A DNA stretch of 64,000 nt. Origin: a bacterium (GTDB taxonomy: Bacteria > UBA8248). How positions within the stretch are numbered: the first letter of the stretch is position 1; every line of letters begins with the position of its first letter. A program made the translations under genes and the position numbers. This document shows, one piece after another, positions 15,892 to 25,091 of this stretch. Under the pieces are notes generated by a model. It was not told the DNA's origin and searched no databases. It saw only the letters and a program-made list of their open reading frames with translations. The stretch spans positions 42,840-106,839 of the forward strand of contig JAJDYR010000011.1 of NCBI GenBank assembly GCA_022825065.1. Reading direction: 5' to 3'.

Positions 15892-17000
15892 GACCGGGGG
15901 CCTGGTCTCGCGTCAACGGCGGAAGGCGCGCGGCGCTCCGGATCCGTATCGCTTCGGGGCGCTTCCAGGCACTCGACCAGATCGACCTCGCCCTTGCCTT
16001 TCAACGCCACCGGACCGCAAGCCCGTCCGCGGCAGCGGTCCTCAATTTGCATCCAAACCGCGGCGGTCATCACCACGCGGCCCGGATCCGCATACTCGGC
16101 GATACGGGCGGCGCACTCCACCGTTTCTCCCCACAGGTCGTAAGGAAACCGCAGGCCGCCCATGACGCCGGCGACCACGGGGCCGGAATGTATTCCAATC
16201 CGGGCCTGCAGGTGCGGTGCGGTTTCGGCCGTCCCGGCCGCCATCGCCAGGCCGCATCGCGCCGCTTGCAGGAGCGGATCGGCCACCGGATGCGGCAGTC
16301 CCGCGGTGGCGATAAAGGCGCTGCCGGCCGTCCTCGCCTTCTCCAGCCCGTGTTCGAGCGCGATTGTCTCGAGCCGTTCGAATTGGCCCTGCAGTTCCCC
16401 GACCGCCGCCTCCGGCGGGTGCCGGTCGCAATACCCGGCGAAGCCGGCCACGTCGCAGCACAGGACGGCGACGTCCTCGAAGCGCCGGGGCTTTACCCCG
16501 CCCGTCTCCTCGAACTCCTGCACCGCCCCGGCGGGCAAAATGGCGCGCAACAATCCACCGGAGCTTTCCTTTTCGCTCTCCGGCCTCTTCAGGTACGCGG
16601 TTTCCCGGTCCCTCAGCCTCTTTTTCTCCAGACAGGCCTCCACCCGGGCCCGCAGCAGGGTCGGGTTGAAAGGCTTGGGCAAATAGTCTTCGGCGCCAAG
16701 CTCGATGCAGCGAACGATGCTGTCGATCTCGTCCAGGGCGGAGATCATGATGACCGGAATGTCGCGCAGCTTCGGGTTCGCCTTGACCGCCTCCAGCACC
16801 TCGTAGCCGTCCATCTCCGGCATCATGATGTCGAGGAGGACCAGATCGAAGGAGCGCGCATCCAGCAGTTCCAGGGCCTTGCGTCCATCCTCGGCCGTCG
16901 CCACCTCGTCGTAGCCCTGCCGCTTCAGACGCCGGGTCAACGTGTAGCGGTTGTCCTCGTTGTCGTCGACGACGAGAATGGCGAGTGCATCGTCGTTCAT
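15888..17000 (-). CDS. Response regulator with class III adenylate/guanylate cyclase output domain
   Basis: Receiver (ILVVDDNEDNRYTL...DLVLLDIMMPEMDGYEVL...PVIMISA) plus cyclase (VAVLCCDVAGFAGY...ARIGIHSGPVVAGVMG..RFPYDLWGETVECAARI). 4-nt overlaps at both ends. Confidence 0.85.
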   Translation of the reverse strand: MNDDALAILVVDDNEDNRYTLTRRLKRQGYDEVATAEDGRKALELLDARSFDLVLLDIMMPEMDGYEVLEAVKANPKLRDIPVIMISALDEIDSIVRCIELGAEDYLPKPFNPTLLRARVEACLEKKRLRDRETAYLKRPESEKESSGGLLRAILPAGAVQEFEETGGVKPRRFEDVAVLCCDVAGFAGYCDRHPPEAAVGELQGQFERLETIALEHGLEKARTAGSAFIATAGLPHPVADPLLQAARCGLAMAAGTAETAPHLQARIGIHSGPVVAGVMGGLRFPYDLWGETVECAARIAEYADPGRVVMTAAVWMQIEDRCRGRACGPVALKGKGEVDLVECLEAPRSDTDPERRAPSAVDARPGPRS

Positions 17001-17377
17001 GTGGCATCTCCTTTCGCCAGCTGCGCTTCGATCTTTCCCAGCAGGCGGTCGAATTCGACCGGCTTGGTGTCGTAGTCGTCGCAGCCCGCGGCGAGGGCGC
17101 TCTCGCGGTCGTTTTCCATGGCGTGCGCCGAAAGGGCGATGATCGGGATGTGCCGCGTCTCCGGCGCGGCCTTGAGTTGTCGGGTCGCCTCCCAGCCGTC
17201 CAGTACCGGCAGGCTCAAATCCATCAGGATCAGGGACGGCGCATCGGTCCTGGCCATCTCGATCCCCTTCGCGCCGTCAGCCGCGACGACCACCTCGTAG
17301 CCCTTGCGCTTCAATCGCCGCACCAGCATGTAGACATTGTCCTCGTTGTCCTCGACGTACAGGATTCTGGTCTCCAT
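16997..17377 (-). CDS. Single-domain CheY-like response regulator
   Basis: 126 aa. METRILYVEDNEDNVYMLVRRLKRKGYEV...LILMDLSLPVLDGWEATRQLK...IPIIALSAHAM...GCDDYDTKP. Confidence 0.9.
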   Translation of the reverse strand: METRILYVEDNEDNVYMLVRRLKRKGYEVVVAADGAKGIEMARTDAPSLILMDLSLPVLDGWEATRQLKAAPETRHIPIIALSAHAMENDRESALAAGCDDYDTKPVEFDRLLGKIEAQLAKGDAT

Positions 17378-17380
17378 CGC

Positions 17381-20068
17381 TTACCGGCCTCCTGCCGTGG
17401 ACGCCGGCCGATCCGGGATTTCTTCGCAGACCGGATCCAATACCGCCGGCAAGCTTGCGGCAAACGTGCTGCCGACTCCCGGTTCACTGGTGAGCTTGAT
17501 GTCTCCGCCCATCATGCGGCACAGCCGCCGGCTGATCGCGAGTCCGAGACCCGTGCCGCCATACTCCCGGGTGGTCGAACTGTCCGCCTGAGAGAACTCC
17601 TCGAACACCTTGATCTGCTGCTCCGGCGTCATCCCGATGCCGGTATCGGCTACCTCGAACCGAATCCAGTCCCGGTCTTCGGCCGTGTGTCGCTCGACGC
17701 TCAGGCTGACCTCGCCCTCCCTGGTGAACTTGCAGGCGTTGCTCAGCAGGTTGAGAACGACCTGCCGCACCCGCGTCGCATCGGAGCGCATGACGCCCAC
17801 GTTGTCCGGGCAATGAACCGTCAACCGGTTGGAGTTCCTGTCGGCAAGCGGTTGTGAGGTGGCCGCCAGTTCCGCGGTCAGCCCACCGACGTCGATGTCC
17901 TCGCAGTGGAACTCGATTCGGCCCGCTTCGACCTTGGAAAGATCGAGGATTCCGTTGATCAGGTTCAAGAGGTGCCGGCCCGCGTTCGTGACCCGCCCCA
18001 GGGGCTCGATGTAGTCGTCCTGGCGGTCGTCCCTGGCGTCCTCCTCCAGCATCTCGGTGATGCCGATGACGGCGTTCAAGGGCGTGCGCAACTCGTGGCT
18101 CATGTTGGCGAGGAACCGGCTCTTGGCCCGGGTGGCTTCCATCGCCTGATCGCGCGCGACCGTCAGATGGTCGACCATCTCGGCGAGTTCGGCTTCTCGT
18201 TTCTTGATCTCGGTGATGTTGGTGTAGACGCCGACGATACCTGCTTCCTGGGACAGCATCTCCTCCACCTGGACATATATGCCGCTGCTGAAGCGGAATT
18301 CGACGGTGCTCAGCAGATTGTCCCGCCACCAGGCAAGGAACTCCTCGGTGGTTCCCTCCCTGTCCGGAAACATGCCGTGCTCGAACGCCGCCGCGAGGAT
18401 GGTCTCGCGGTCGGCGCCGGGTACGACCAGCCTGGCCACTTCTTCACCGACGGCGTCGATGAAGTACTGCCGATAGTTGCTGTTGCACAGGACGAGGCGG
18501 TCCTCGTCATCGAAGACGACGAAGCCCTCGGAGATTGCCTCGAGCGCCTCCCCGAGTTGGGCCCGCGCTTCCAACGCTTCGTCGCGGGTCGCGCCGAGTT
18601 CTTCGACGAGCTCGCTGAGCTGCCGCTCGCGCCGCTTCAATTCGGTGATGTCCAGATAGGTCAGCATGCGGTCGCCGCTCGGCAGCGCGATGCATTGATA
18701 CTGAAGAACCTTGCCGTTGGCGAGGGTCAACTCGCGGGGCACGATGGCCCCCAACCGGACCGCCGCGACGCGATCGCGAACATAGTCTTCCCATTGCTCG
18801 TCGGGAACGTCGTAAATCCCGGTTTGCCGGTTGTAGCTGATCAATTCCGCCATGGTGGGGCGGCCTGCAATGAAGTCGTCGGCGAAGCCCCACATGTCGC
18901 GAAAGGCGCGGTTGGCTATTCGCGCCCTGAGGTCGGGTCCCATGAAGCAGACCCCGTACTCGATGTTGTCGAGCACGGCGTTGAGCTCTTCCTCGCGCTG
19001 CTTGACTTCGGTGATGTCCAGGTAGGTCAGCATGCGGTCGCCGCTCGGCAGCGCGATACATTGATACTGAATGACTTTGCCGTTGGCGAGGGTCCACTCG
19101 AAGGACGGTATGGGGCCCGCCCGAACCGCCGCGACGCGGTCGCGAACATAGTCCTCCCATTGCTCGTCGGGAATGTCGTATATCCCGGTGTGCCGGTTGT
19201 AACTGATCATTTCCGCCAGGGTGGGGCGGCTGTCGAAGAAGTCGTCGGGGAAGCTCCACATGTCGCGAAAGGCGCGGTTGGCTATTCGCACCCTGAGGTC
19301 GGGCCCCATGAAGCAGACCCCGTACTCGATGGTGTCGAGCACGGCGTTGAGCTCTTCCTCGCGCCGTTTGACCTCGGTGATGTCCGTATGGACCATGAGC
19401 ACGTTGCCGTCGTGCGTGCGCGTTTCGACGATTTGCAGCCGGACCCCGCTGGACAGGCGAAGTTCGCCGGGGATCGCGGAATGCGCCTGCGGTTCGCGTT
19501 GCCGGCTCAGATAGCCGTCGAGATCGGAGGCGGCATCGGGGAACATGCCGCGCTCGATTCCGGCCCGCAGGATCTCCTCCAGCGAGGCGCCCGGCCGGAT
19601 CAGCTTGCCGATATCCTCCCCGCAGGCATCGGTGAAGTAGCGCCTGTAAGTCTCGTTGCAGAGAATCAGCCGATTGTCGGCATCGAACAACACGAAACCT
19701 TCGGAAACGGCGTTGACCGCATCGAAAAATTGTCTCCGGGCCTGCTCCGGGTTACCGCTTCGTCGGCTGCCCAGGAGCGAATATCCCACGAACAGCGCCA
19801 CCGGAACGCACGCCGTGACCGCCACCCACCGCTCCGGGTGGAAGACCGCGAGCAGGGCGAAGCCTGAGAGCCCGACGCGCGCCATGATGTCGAGGAACGG
19901 ATTCGATGCGAACCGGGCCTGCAGGCTGAAGGTCAGGCCGGCAGCGGCCGCGAGCACGAGCCCGGTGGCCGCGAGTTGCGCGAGCCCCGGCTCCGGCGCG
20001 ATCTCCGGCCGAAGGAACACCGCCGCCATCAGCACGAAAAGGCTTCCACAGAGTCCTATCCGGCGCAT
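17381..20068 (-). CDS. Membrane-anchored multi-PAS sensor histidine kinase
   Basis: Start chosen at [18 protein letters not shown] (ATG at complement of 20066-20068). Hydrophobic N-terminus, several PAS-like modules, His[21 protein letters not shown], and HATPase_c ([10 protein letters not shown]...DTGIGM...[11 protein letters not shown]). The upstream part of track ORF 17381..20263 looks non-coding. Confidence 0.85.
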   Translation of the reverse strand: MRRIGLCGSLFVLMAAVFLRPEIAPEPGLAQLAATGLVLAAAAGLTFSLQARFASNPFLDIMARVGLSGFALLAVFHPERWVAVTACVPVALFVGYSLLGSRRSGNPEQARRQFFDAVNAVSEGFVLFDADNRLILCNETYRRYFTDACGEDIGKLIRPGASLEEILRAGIERGMFPDAASDLDGYLSRQREPQAHSAIPGELRLSSGVRLQIVETRTHDGNVLMVHTDITEVKRREEELNAVLDTIEYGVCFMGPDLRVRIANRAFRDMWSFPDDFFDSRPTLAEMISYNRHTGIYDIPDEQWEDYVRDRVAAVRAGPIPSFEWTLANGKVIQYQCIALPSGDRMLTYLDITEVKQREEELNAVLDNIEYGVCFMGPDLRARIANRAFRDMWGFADDFIAGRPTMAELISYNRQTGIYDVPDEQWEDYVRDRVAAVRLGAIVPRELTLANGKVLQYQCIALPSGDRMLTYLDITELKRRERQLSELVEELGATRDEALEARAQLGEALEAISEGFVVFDDEDRLVLCNSNYRQYFIDAVGEEVARLVVPGADRETILAAAFEHGMFPDREGTTEEFLAWWRDNLLSTVEFRFSSGIYVQVEEMLSQEAGIVGVYTNITEIKKREAELAEMVDHLTVARDQAMEATRAKSRFLANMSHELRTPLNAVIGITEMLEEDARDDRQDDYIEPLGRVTNAGRHLLNLINGILDLSKVEAGRIEFHCEDIDVGGLTAELAATSQPLADRNSNRLTVHCPDNVGVMRSDATRVRQVVLNLLSNACKFTREGEVSLSVERHTAEDRDWIRFEVADTGIGMTPEQQIKVFEEFSQADSSTTREYGGTGLGLAISRRLCRMMGGDIKLTSEPGVGSTFAASLPAVLDPVCEEIPDRPASTAGGR
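18641..19372 (-). repeat. Tandem 366-bp (122-codon) duplication of a PAS-like module inside the kinase gene
   Basis: ttcggtgatgtccagRtaggtcagcatgcggtcgccgctcggcagcgcgat recurs at 18641 and 19007, and the boundary motif recurs again at 19373. Protein copies: [42 protein letters not shown]... and [42 protein letters not shown]... Confidence 0.9.
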
Positions 20069-20272
20069 GAGAGTGCCCGGGAATGACGCACGCGCGACTT
20101 CGACGTGACCACCGCCACGAAAGGCGTGGGCGGGGCGAGCTTCCCCAACACCACGGGACGATTGGGGCGAGTTTCGACGGCAGGGGCGCTCATCCACGCT
20201 ACTCCGCTGGTTTCGACGGTCGGGACAACGGACCAGTCCGCTCCACTGTCGGTGCAACACCAACCGGGGCGG

Positions 20273-20485
20273 TCAGGCGAGGCGCCGGTCCACCTTCCGG
20301 GCGACGCGCAAATCCCGTTTCACGTCCCACGCGCCCCGCTCGCGCATATACTTCGCGAGGCCGGGGTGCAGCCCGTAGAAGAACGGCAACATCGACGAAC
20401 TCGCCGCCAGGTCTATTTTTTTCCGGGCATTGAAGGGCAAGCCCATGGGGAAAGGAAACTCTTGATGCCTGATGAGCCAAAACAT
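20273..20485 (-). CDS. Hypothetical small protein (70 aa)
   Basis: An ORF with GC-rich third codon positions in its 3' two-thirds. I recognise no motif, and it may be a gene remnant. Confidence 0.25.
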   Translation of the reverse strand: MFWLIRHQEFPFPMGLPFNARKKIDLAASSSMLPFFYGLHPGLAKYMRERGAWDVKRDLRVARKVDRRLA

Positions 20486-21011
20486 AGAAGACGATCAAAA
20501 CGGCAACAGAATACAACAGACCGAAATGTTCAATCCTCTTCCCAGCCGAGCGTGTCGCAACACCCCTCACTAAGCCTCACGGAATCAATAGAATGTTCAG
20601 AGTATAGCGTGCGGTATACAGTGGAACAACCGATAGTTGCCGGGAAATTTCGTTCGGCGCACATCGGCCCGGGGCTGCCCGAGGCCGTTTTCCGCCTCGT
20701 ATTTTTGCTCCGGGCTCCGGCGCCCTCCACCCCGCGGGGGTTTGGCGCGCCCCGTACGTGGCAATCCGGGTCAAACGCCCGTTTTCAGACAGGAGGGGAT
20801 TTCCATCGGCTGTGGAATCCTTGTATTTCATTGAAATTACGCAGGGTAGGCGATTCTCCCCGTCTTTTCCGAAAAACCTCCTTCGCAACATGCAATCAAG
20901 GCGAAAGCCGAAAAATTGCAGCTTCTGCGCATGCAGGGGAGGCGGTGTCGCCGTCTACCGGCGCCACAACCGCTCAGCCGGCTGGACAGACCGGTCACAA
21001 GGCCATCGGTT

Positions 21012-22562
21012 TCAGTCCCCGGCATCGGTGAACACTTCATGGTAAATCGTTTCGATTCGCGCCGCCTCGTCATCGGTCAGCGCGGCGAATTCCTTCTCCC
21101 TGCCTCGGCGGGAAAGGCTGCCGCCGTTGCGGCGCAGGAACCGGAACAGAAGGTCGGACAGCCTTTCCGGCATATCGACCACCAGGTTCAGTTCCCTGCG
21201 AAATTCATCGTAGCGCTTCAGGAAGGAGACTTCTCCCGGCAGGTCGTGCTCGACGGTCCGTTGCACGCATCCATACAGGAACTCGGTTTGCGGCGTCGCG
21301 TCGAAGAACCGGTAGAAATCGTCCGTATCGTTCAAGACTCGGACGTTGCCGCCCTCCGTCGGTTCCCAGTCCACGGCCGGCAGCAGACGCTGCGAATAGT
21401 CTTCGAGCGCGAGGCGGTAGTCGTCGACCCGCTCCAGGATGGCCGCCGATACGGGGAAGACGACGCCGGGCGGGTTGAAGCCGCGCCGGGCCAGGACATG
21501 GTGGACCAGATAGCGGTGCAGCCGTCCGTTTCCGTCCTCGAAAGGGTGGATGTAGACGAAGCCGAACGCGAGGACCGACGCCGCCACGACCGGGTCGAGC
21601 CGTTGCGCGGTCCCCCGGCCGAAATCGGTCATGCCCTCCACGAGCCGGGCCAGGCGATCCGGCCGGGCGCTGATGTGGACCGGTATCGGCATCCCCGATT
21701 CACGGTCCCGTTCACCGACGAAACCGCCCTCGGCCCGCAGACCGAGGCGGACGAACCGGGCGTCGCCGATCACGATGCTTTGCAAGCGCAGCAGTTCGTC
21801 GAGATCGAGCGCCTGCCGGCCGGCCTGGCCGATGGCGCGGCCCCACCGCTGGATGCGATCCTGGGGCGGATGCTCGCCCTCGATGGCGAAGCTGGACCTG
21901 GAGTCTTTCAGCAACAGGAAGGCCGCCGTGCGCGCCAGCAGATCGCGCGGGACCGCCGCGACGGCATCCGTCGCGCGCGCGCCCAGGTCCATGGCGATGA
22001 AACGCTCCAGCGCCTCGGTGCGGAACACCAGCGGACAGAATTCCGGCGTGCCGGGCAGGTTGTTCTTCATCCGGTGGCGCGTCGAGGTTTCCGCCTGGAC
22101 CGCATATTGCAGGTCCGGATCGACGACATGCGCATAGGCGCCGCGGTCGGCGTTCGGCAAATCGAGCCGCGCCCCGCTCAGCCATTCATAGAGGAACCAG
22201 ATACGCCTGGCGTAGGCGCCCGTCGGCTTGTTCTTGACGATGTTTTCGATGGGCGCGGGGCCGCTCGCAGCGAACAGGCGCTTGAGGACGGAGAGATGAA
22301 GCCCCTCGTGCTTCAGCGCGAAGGTGAGATGGCCTTCGAGGCTCGCATCCGGCGCATAGCGGGGCGAGTAGATGCGCCAGCCGCCATCCTCGATACGCCT
22401 GTGCCGCTCACCCGCGGCGCTCAGCAGGCGCGGGAGCGGCACGCGCAGCCCGTAGGCCCCAATGAGCGCGGCGTATCCGGCCGGTGTGGCTCTCTCCGGT
22501 AGCCGCCGTTCCTGAAAAACGGTAACGGGGCCTGAAAAACGTTTCTTTTCAGTGGCATTCAT
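21012..22562 (-). CDS. Fic-domain protein (AMPylase family) with intramolecular inhibitory helix
   Basis: Start MNATEKKRF (ATG at complement of 22560-22562). Fic motif HPFEDGNGRLHRYL, and an upstream (S/T)xxxE(G/N) motif in SSFAIEGE. Confidence 0.85.
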   Translation of the reverse strand: MNATEKKRFSGPVTVFQERRLPERATPAGYAALIGAYGLRVPLPRLLSAAGERHRRIEDGGWRIYSPRYAPDASLEGHLTFALKHEGLHLSVLKRLFAASGPAPIENIVKNKPTGAYARRIWFLYEWLSGARLDLPNADRGAYAHVVDPDLQYAVQAETSTRHRMKNNLPGTPEFCPLVFRTEALERFIAMDLGARATDAVAAVPRDLLARTAAFLLLKDSRSSFAIEGEHPPQDRIQRWGRAIGQAGRQALDLDELLRLQSIVIGDARFVRLGLRAEGGFVGERDRESGMPIPVHISARPDRLARLVEGMTDFGRGTAQRLDPVVAASVLAFGFVYIHPFEDGNGRLHRYLVHHVLARRGFNPPGVVFPVSAAILERVDDYRLALEDYSQRLLPAVDWEPTEGGNVRVLNDTDDFYRFFDATPQTEFLYGCVQRTVEHDLPGEVSFLKRYDEFRRELNLVVDMPERLSDLLFRFLRRNGGSLSRRGREKEFAALTDDEAARIETIYHEVFTDAGD

Positions 22563-22785
22563 CCCAAAATTGTTCCTCGTCCGTGAAAAACGATATTTTT
22601 CTATGAATATCAATAACACAAGCGGGATGAAATGAAAAACAATCATTTTCCTGGGCCCGAATCATACGGAGGTGTTCTGCTTGTATCGTCGCACTCCGGA
22701 AGACCCTGTCACGCCTCGGCGACGGATCCGGGGTTCCTGTCGTCCGAGAGGTTTACCGATATGGTTTTGACAAGCGGTCGAGAAA

Positions 22786-23091
22786 GGGGGTTGTTGAAAA
22801 AGCTCTCGCTTCGCTTGGGATTCACCTTCGCTTTTGTTCGTCATTCCGGCGAAAGCCGGAATCCATTTTCGCCTTTGTCTTTGGCCCTTCGCCCGGCCAT
22901 TCTCTCTCCCGACCGGGGAAGATACGGACACCGCCATATATATCCGCCTCATCCGTTTCGGATTCGGGCGTGGCGCTCCCTCCCGTGAGTCGGAATCAAA
23001 TACGAAAACGAAAGCAAAAATCATAAAATGGATTCCGGCTTTCGCCGGAATGAAGGTGGTTTTCCCACATGGAGGGGCTTTTTCAACAACC
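22786..23091. repeat. TIR-bounded mosaic element E3 (cargo: inverted pair of CATTCCGGCGAAAGCCGGAATG hairpins)
   Basis: gggggttgttgaaaaagc ... ggggctttttcaacaacc. Internal hairpins at 22840-22864 and 23030-23053 in opposite orientation. The element ends 9 nt before the stop at 23101. Confidence 0.85.
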
Positions 23092-23100
23092 TCTTGAGGG

Positions 23101-24405
23101 CTAGTCGACCGCGTCCTCGCCGCGGGCGTGGGCCAGCTCGCGCGCGCTCGGGTTGACCGACGGGCGGAAGGGGACCTCGCAGACCTGTGCGCGGTCGGGT
23201 CGGCCCGGTTCGCCGGCGTACTCGTCCGGCAGCCAGACCAGCAACTCGGTCCCGACCGCCGACTTGCCGATCGGCACGTAACCCAGGGCGATGTTGCACC
23301 CAAGCTCCGGAGCGTGCCAGGGCGAAGTCAGGTAGCCGATCGGGTCGCCTCCGCCGGCGTCCGAGACCAGCCAGAAGTCGGGCGCGTAGTCGTCGATCGG
23401 CTTGCCGCCCAGCTTCATCCCCACCATCACCATCGAGAACGGCGGACGCCCCGCTTCGATCTCGGCGCGCATCCGCTCAAGCGCCGCCCGGCCGATGTAG
23501 TCGCCCCGCTTTTTGCGCGGCACCTGGTAGGCCAGGTTGCACTGGAAAGGCGCCGTCTCGTGGTCGATGTCCTGCCCCCAGGAGAGGATGCCGGCCTGGA
23601 TGCGGCGCTGGTGGCCGGGGGCGGTGACCATGAGCCGGTGCGGCTCGCCTGCGTCGAGCACCGCGCGCCAGAGCTTCTCGGCGTGCAGGGTGGCGTCGCG
23701 CAGGTAGACCTCATAACCCTTCTCTCCCGAAAAGCCGGATTGGGTGACGACCACCGGGCAGCCTGCGACCTCGGCTTCGAGGATTCCGTAGTAGGGGATG
23801 TCCCGGACGCCTTCGCCCACCAGATCGACCATCAGCGCGAGCGACTTCGGCCCCTGGATCTGCAGCGGGCAGACGTCGATCTCGTTGATCTCCACGTCCA
23901 TCCGCTTCCCGACGTTGACGCCCTGCAGCCAGTAGAGCAGGTCGGAGTCCGCCAGCGAGAACCAGAATTCCTCCCCGGCCAAGCGCAGCAGGACCGGGTC
24001 GTTCAGAATCCCGCCCTTCTCGTTGCAGAGGATGACGTACTTCGCCTGCATCGGCCGGATGCGGGTCGCGTCGCGCGTGATGACGTAGTCGACGAACCGC
24101 TCCGCGTCCGGCCCCTTCACTTGAATCTGCCGCTCGACCGCGACGTTCCAGACCGTCACGTGGTTCGTCAGCGCCTCGTGCTCGACGGCCGCGCCGCCGT
24201 CTTCGGGCCTGACGTAGCCGCGCGGATGATAGACGCGGTTGTAGACCGTGGCCCGCCAGCAGCCCGCCTCGTGGGACAGGTGCCAGTAGGGCGACTTCCG
24301 CACCCGCGTGGAGATGAGCATCTCCACGGGCGTCCGGCCGCTCTGGCGCAGGTTGACGGGAACGATCCGGTCGGACTGGTCGACGCTTTGCGGCTGGCCG
24401 TTCAT
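23101..24405 (-). CDS. Aminomethyltransferase-family protein (GcvT/DmdA-like, folate-dependent)
   Basis: Start MNGQPQSV after AGGAGG (ATG at complement of 24403-24405). A GcvT-like fold is suggested by YHPRGY...VTVWNVAVERQIQVKGPDAERFVDYVITRD...CNEKGGILNDPVLLRL...GFSGEKGYEVY. The upstream part of the track ORF translates repeat E4. Confidence 0.75.
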   Translation of the reverse strand: MNGQPQSVDQSDRIVPVNLRQSGRTPVEMLISTRVRKSPYWHLSHEAGCWRATVYNRVYHPRGYVRPEDGGAAVEHEALTNHVTVWNVAVERQIQVKGPDAERFVDYVITRDATRIRPMQAKYVILCNEKGGILNDPVLLRLAGEEFWFSLADSDLLYWLQGVNVGKRMDVEINEIDVCPLQIQGPKSLALMVDLVGEGVRDIPYYGILEAEVAGCPVVVTQSGFSGEKGYEVYLRDATLHAEKLWRAVLDAGEPHRLMVTAPGHQRRIQAGILSWGQDIDHETAPFQCNLAYQVPRKKRGDYIGRAALERMRAEIEAGRPPFSMVMVGMKLGGKPIDDYAPDFWLVSDAGGGDPIGYLTSPWHAPELGCNIALGYVPIGKSAVGTELLVWLPDEYAGEPGRPDRAQVCEVPFRPSVNPSARELAHARGEDAVD

Positions 24406-24463
24406 GGCTCCTCCTGCTCCGCCGCGCTTCACGGCTTCCCGGCGCGGCAACCGCTCACTCCCC

Positions 24464-24667
24464 GGGGTTGTTGAAAAAACTGTCCTTGCTCGGAATTCAC
24501 CACTCAGCGGCATTTCAGCGTCATTGCCGCTCCTGTTGTAGGGGTCGCATATATGCGACCCGATTTTTTCCGCCACCCGACATGGGCCGCATATATGCGG
24601 CCCCTACAAAAACCGCCCCTCCCCGGTCGCGTGAAACCGTCGCTCATCAGGGCTTTTTCAATATCCC
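24464..24667. repeat. TIR-bounded mosaic element E4 (cargo: 72-bp GTAGGGG double hairpin 24537-24608); extra solo right end at 24731-24748
   Basis: ggggttgttgaaaaaac ... ggctttttcaatatccc, then the outer arm ccctcaaggggggagtgatttt. Cargo: tgtaggggtcgcatatatgcgaccc-gattttttccgccacccgacat-gggccgcatatatgcggcccctaca. Confidence 0.85.
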
Positions 24668-25091
24668 CCTCAAGGGGGGAGTGATTTTTCTCTCTCGCCG
24701 GTCGGTTACATACGACAAATCCAGAGTTCCAGGCTTTTTCAACAGCCCTCCCCGCTCGCGTTTGCCCCCTGAGTAACGCGGCGCCCCGATATCGACGACC
24801 CCGCGCGGTTCGAACTTGCCGCCCTTGCCAAGGTGCTCCCGGCCCCCGCGAAACTTGTAAACAGCGTGAATTATATGCCATATATGCCATGATTCAAGGC
24901 TGATATTTCGGTCGGGGCGTGATGTGGACGCCGACCCCGCTCACGGGGGCGAGACCGGAAACCGTCGCGACCGGGGCCTGTCGCCTCGCGAGCCGTGACC
25001 GCCATGCGCACCTGGGGGATCCATCCTGAAAGACGCCGTCACCAACCCAGCCGAAAACGCTTCGCCGACGCCCGCGCGGGCGACGATCGCC

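Noticed and set aside
13705-16143. An 812-aa + strand ORF and other very long ORFs lying opposite or out of frame to the genes I call (for example 1194..2516 -, 17906..19867 +, 20916..22502 +, 24894..26792 -, 24995..27481 +, 37462..39129 +, 39166..40668 +, 49173..50693 +)
   Set aside because: Their translations are Arg/Pro/Gly/Ala/His-rich low-complexity strings with no motifs. The overlapping frames give clean domain signatures. These are the shadow ORFs expected in GC-rich DNA, where stop codons are rare.
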